This document shows, piece by piece, positions 62,444-64,000 of a stretch of DNA of 64,000 nt (its first letter is position 1; each line of letters opens with the position of its first letter). The notes below the pieces were generated by a model that worked only from the letters and a program-made list of their open reading frames with translations, was not told the origin of the DNA and ran no database searches. Source of the DNA: Eledone cirrhosa (lineage: Eukaryota); the NCBI GenBank assembly GCA_964016885.1, contig OZ024741.1, positions 107,136,001 through 107,200,000 of the forward strand, given 5' to 3'. The position numbers and the translations under genes were made by a program.

Positions 62444-62887
62444 CTAGACCTGAAAAATGCGCAAGCTCAAAAGAGCCACTGAATGTTATAATAAACCTTC
62501 AAAAGTGTGGGACTAGAGTTGTTGTTCAAAAATATTGTAATCACTATCTATCGTACACGCTGTGGCATCCTTTTATAAAAAAGAGACTCACAATGAACTC
62601 AAGACGACACGATAATTATTTAAGATAATGTTCAATATCTCATATTAGATGTTTATTAATGATTAATATGAAATGCACTTAAACCGAATTCTATATTATA
62701 AATTCACTTAAATAAATATCGTGTCGTCTTGAGTTCGTTATGAGTTTCTTTTTTATAAAAGAATGCCACAGAGTGTACGATAGAAAATGATTACAATGTT
62801 TTTGAGCAACAACTCTAGTCCCACACTTTTGAAGGTTTATTATAACATTCTGTGGCTCTTTTGAGCTTGCACATTTTTCAGGTCTAG
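62444..62887. mobile_element. Symmetric fold-back MITE-like element with about 180-bp inverted arms
   Basis: 62444-62624 versus 62707-62887, roughly 90 percent identical by eye; no hammerhead, no (TA)n flanks; TSD unclear. Confidence 0.75.
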
Positions 62888-64000
62888 TTTAATATTTTTT
62901 AAGGCAACGCTTGTAATAACTCTAGTTAAACATGATATATATTAATAAAAAATTATCGTTGTAATGTAATTAGATTATATAATTGTTATTTTATAAATGA
63001 TCTTATAAATATTATTGTAAGATGTATAACAATATTTCCAGACTTTTAATATAAACAACTACAAAAAACAATCAATATTAAATAAATATATTTTACATAA
63101 TAATTGTTATATTTGAATTAATAAAAATTAAATATTACATACAAATAGTCTAACAAAATAATAACAAAATAATCTAACATAATAATAATAAAATAATCTA
63201 ACATAAAACGAACAATAATATGGACAAATATACAAGTAAATATGATACAACCAATATTATAAGCATATTATAACGAACTGAAAAAAAATAGTTAATATAA
63301 ATTTAAAACATCATATATAAATTAACAATATAACTTACCAAAACGAGAAAAATATTTTGATGATAAACGACGAAATACAGGAAGAAGATTCGAAAGCGAA
63401 ACGATAAATGAACGTGCAAACAAAATGGCGGATGCTTTTGATCAACAATTACTCTAGTTGGTTGATTAGCCAATAAGACGATGAAATTAGCCAATAAGAC
63501 AATACATTACAAAACATGTTTAGCAGCGATCACCACTGCCAGCGACACCCCTTGAATTTTTTATTCGCAAGCTACGCATATATGTTAGACATGCAGACTT
63601 AAAAAATTCTGTTGTTAGTCACTGCGTGTCTAACAGATACATCGAACATATTTTCGAATAAATCTGAATGTTTGTTGACCCGTTTTGAAATCTGATAAAT
63701 AATTGTGTGATCTTTAAATGCGTAACTGTTCTATTATAGGTCCCAGATTCGTGACAGGGAATAAGGGAATTTGCACAACTTTCCCCATTTCTCATTCACA
63801 CCACTTCTTTGCTTATACATGTCACATTTGGTAGTATTAGTAATTGTTGTTATGGTGGTGGAGGTGGTTTAGTTGTGTTTTATACAAATCAGACAGATGT
63901 TTGCTTGAGGTCGTTGTAGTGACATCTGTACAGTAGATGTAGGACAAAATATAGGGTTTGATTAGAGTGTCATCTGGCTATGTTTCTAGTAGACTAAAAA

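Overview
AT-rich, microsatellite-saturated eukaryotic (animal) non-coding DNA. The SINE families and the (TA)n/(CA)n density suggest a cephalopod, octopus-like genome (inference). I find no credible host protein-coding exon; almost all listed ORFs are translations of simple repeats. Conventional mobile elements: two tRNA-derived SINE families, an internally deleted mariner with TA TSD (61002-61900), an older mariner relic, a hAT MITE with an 8-bp TSD, an L1/Tx1-type and an RTE-type LINE 3' fragment, and a fold-back MITE. The main signal is the short unique-sequence islands between the (TA)n tracts. They hold about 20 well-formed minimal type I hammerhead ribozyme motifs (stem I, CUGANGA, stem II, GAAA, short and usually palindromic stem III, UH, stem I') from at least ten sequence families that do not align by eye. 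Many sit in asymmetric fold-back elements: two inverted arms pointing outward into (TA)n, one arm carrying an extra 35-90 nt tail with a shared YGAGTRCT motif. A relic Penelope-type GIY-YIG C-terminus lies beside one of them. I interpret these as (TA)n-targeting Penelope-like retroelement termini and retrozyme-like micro-elements. All folding was done by eye; coordinates may be off by a few bases.
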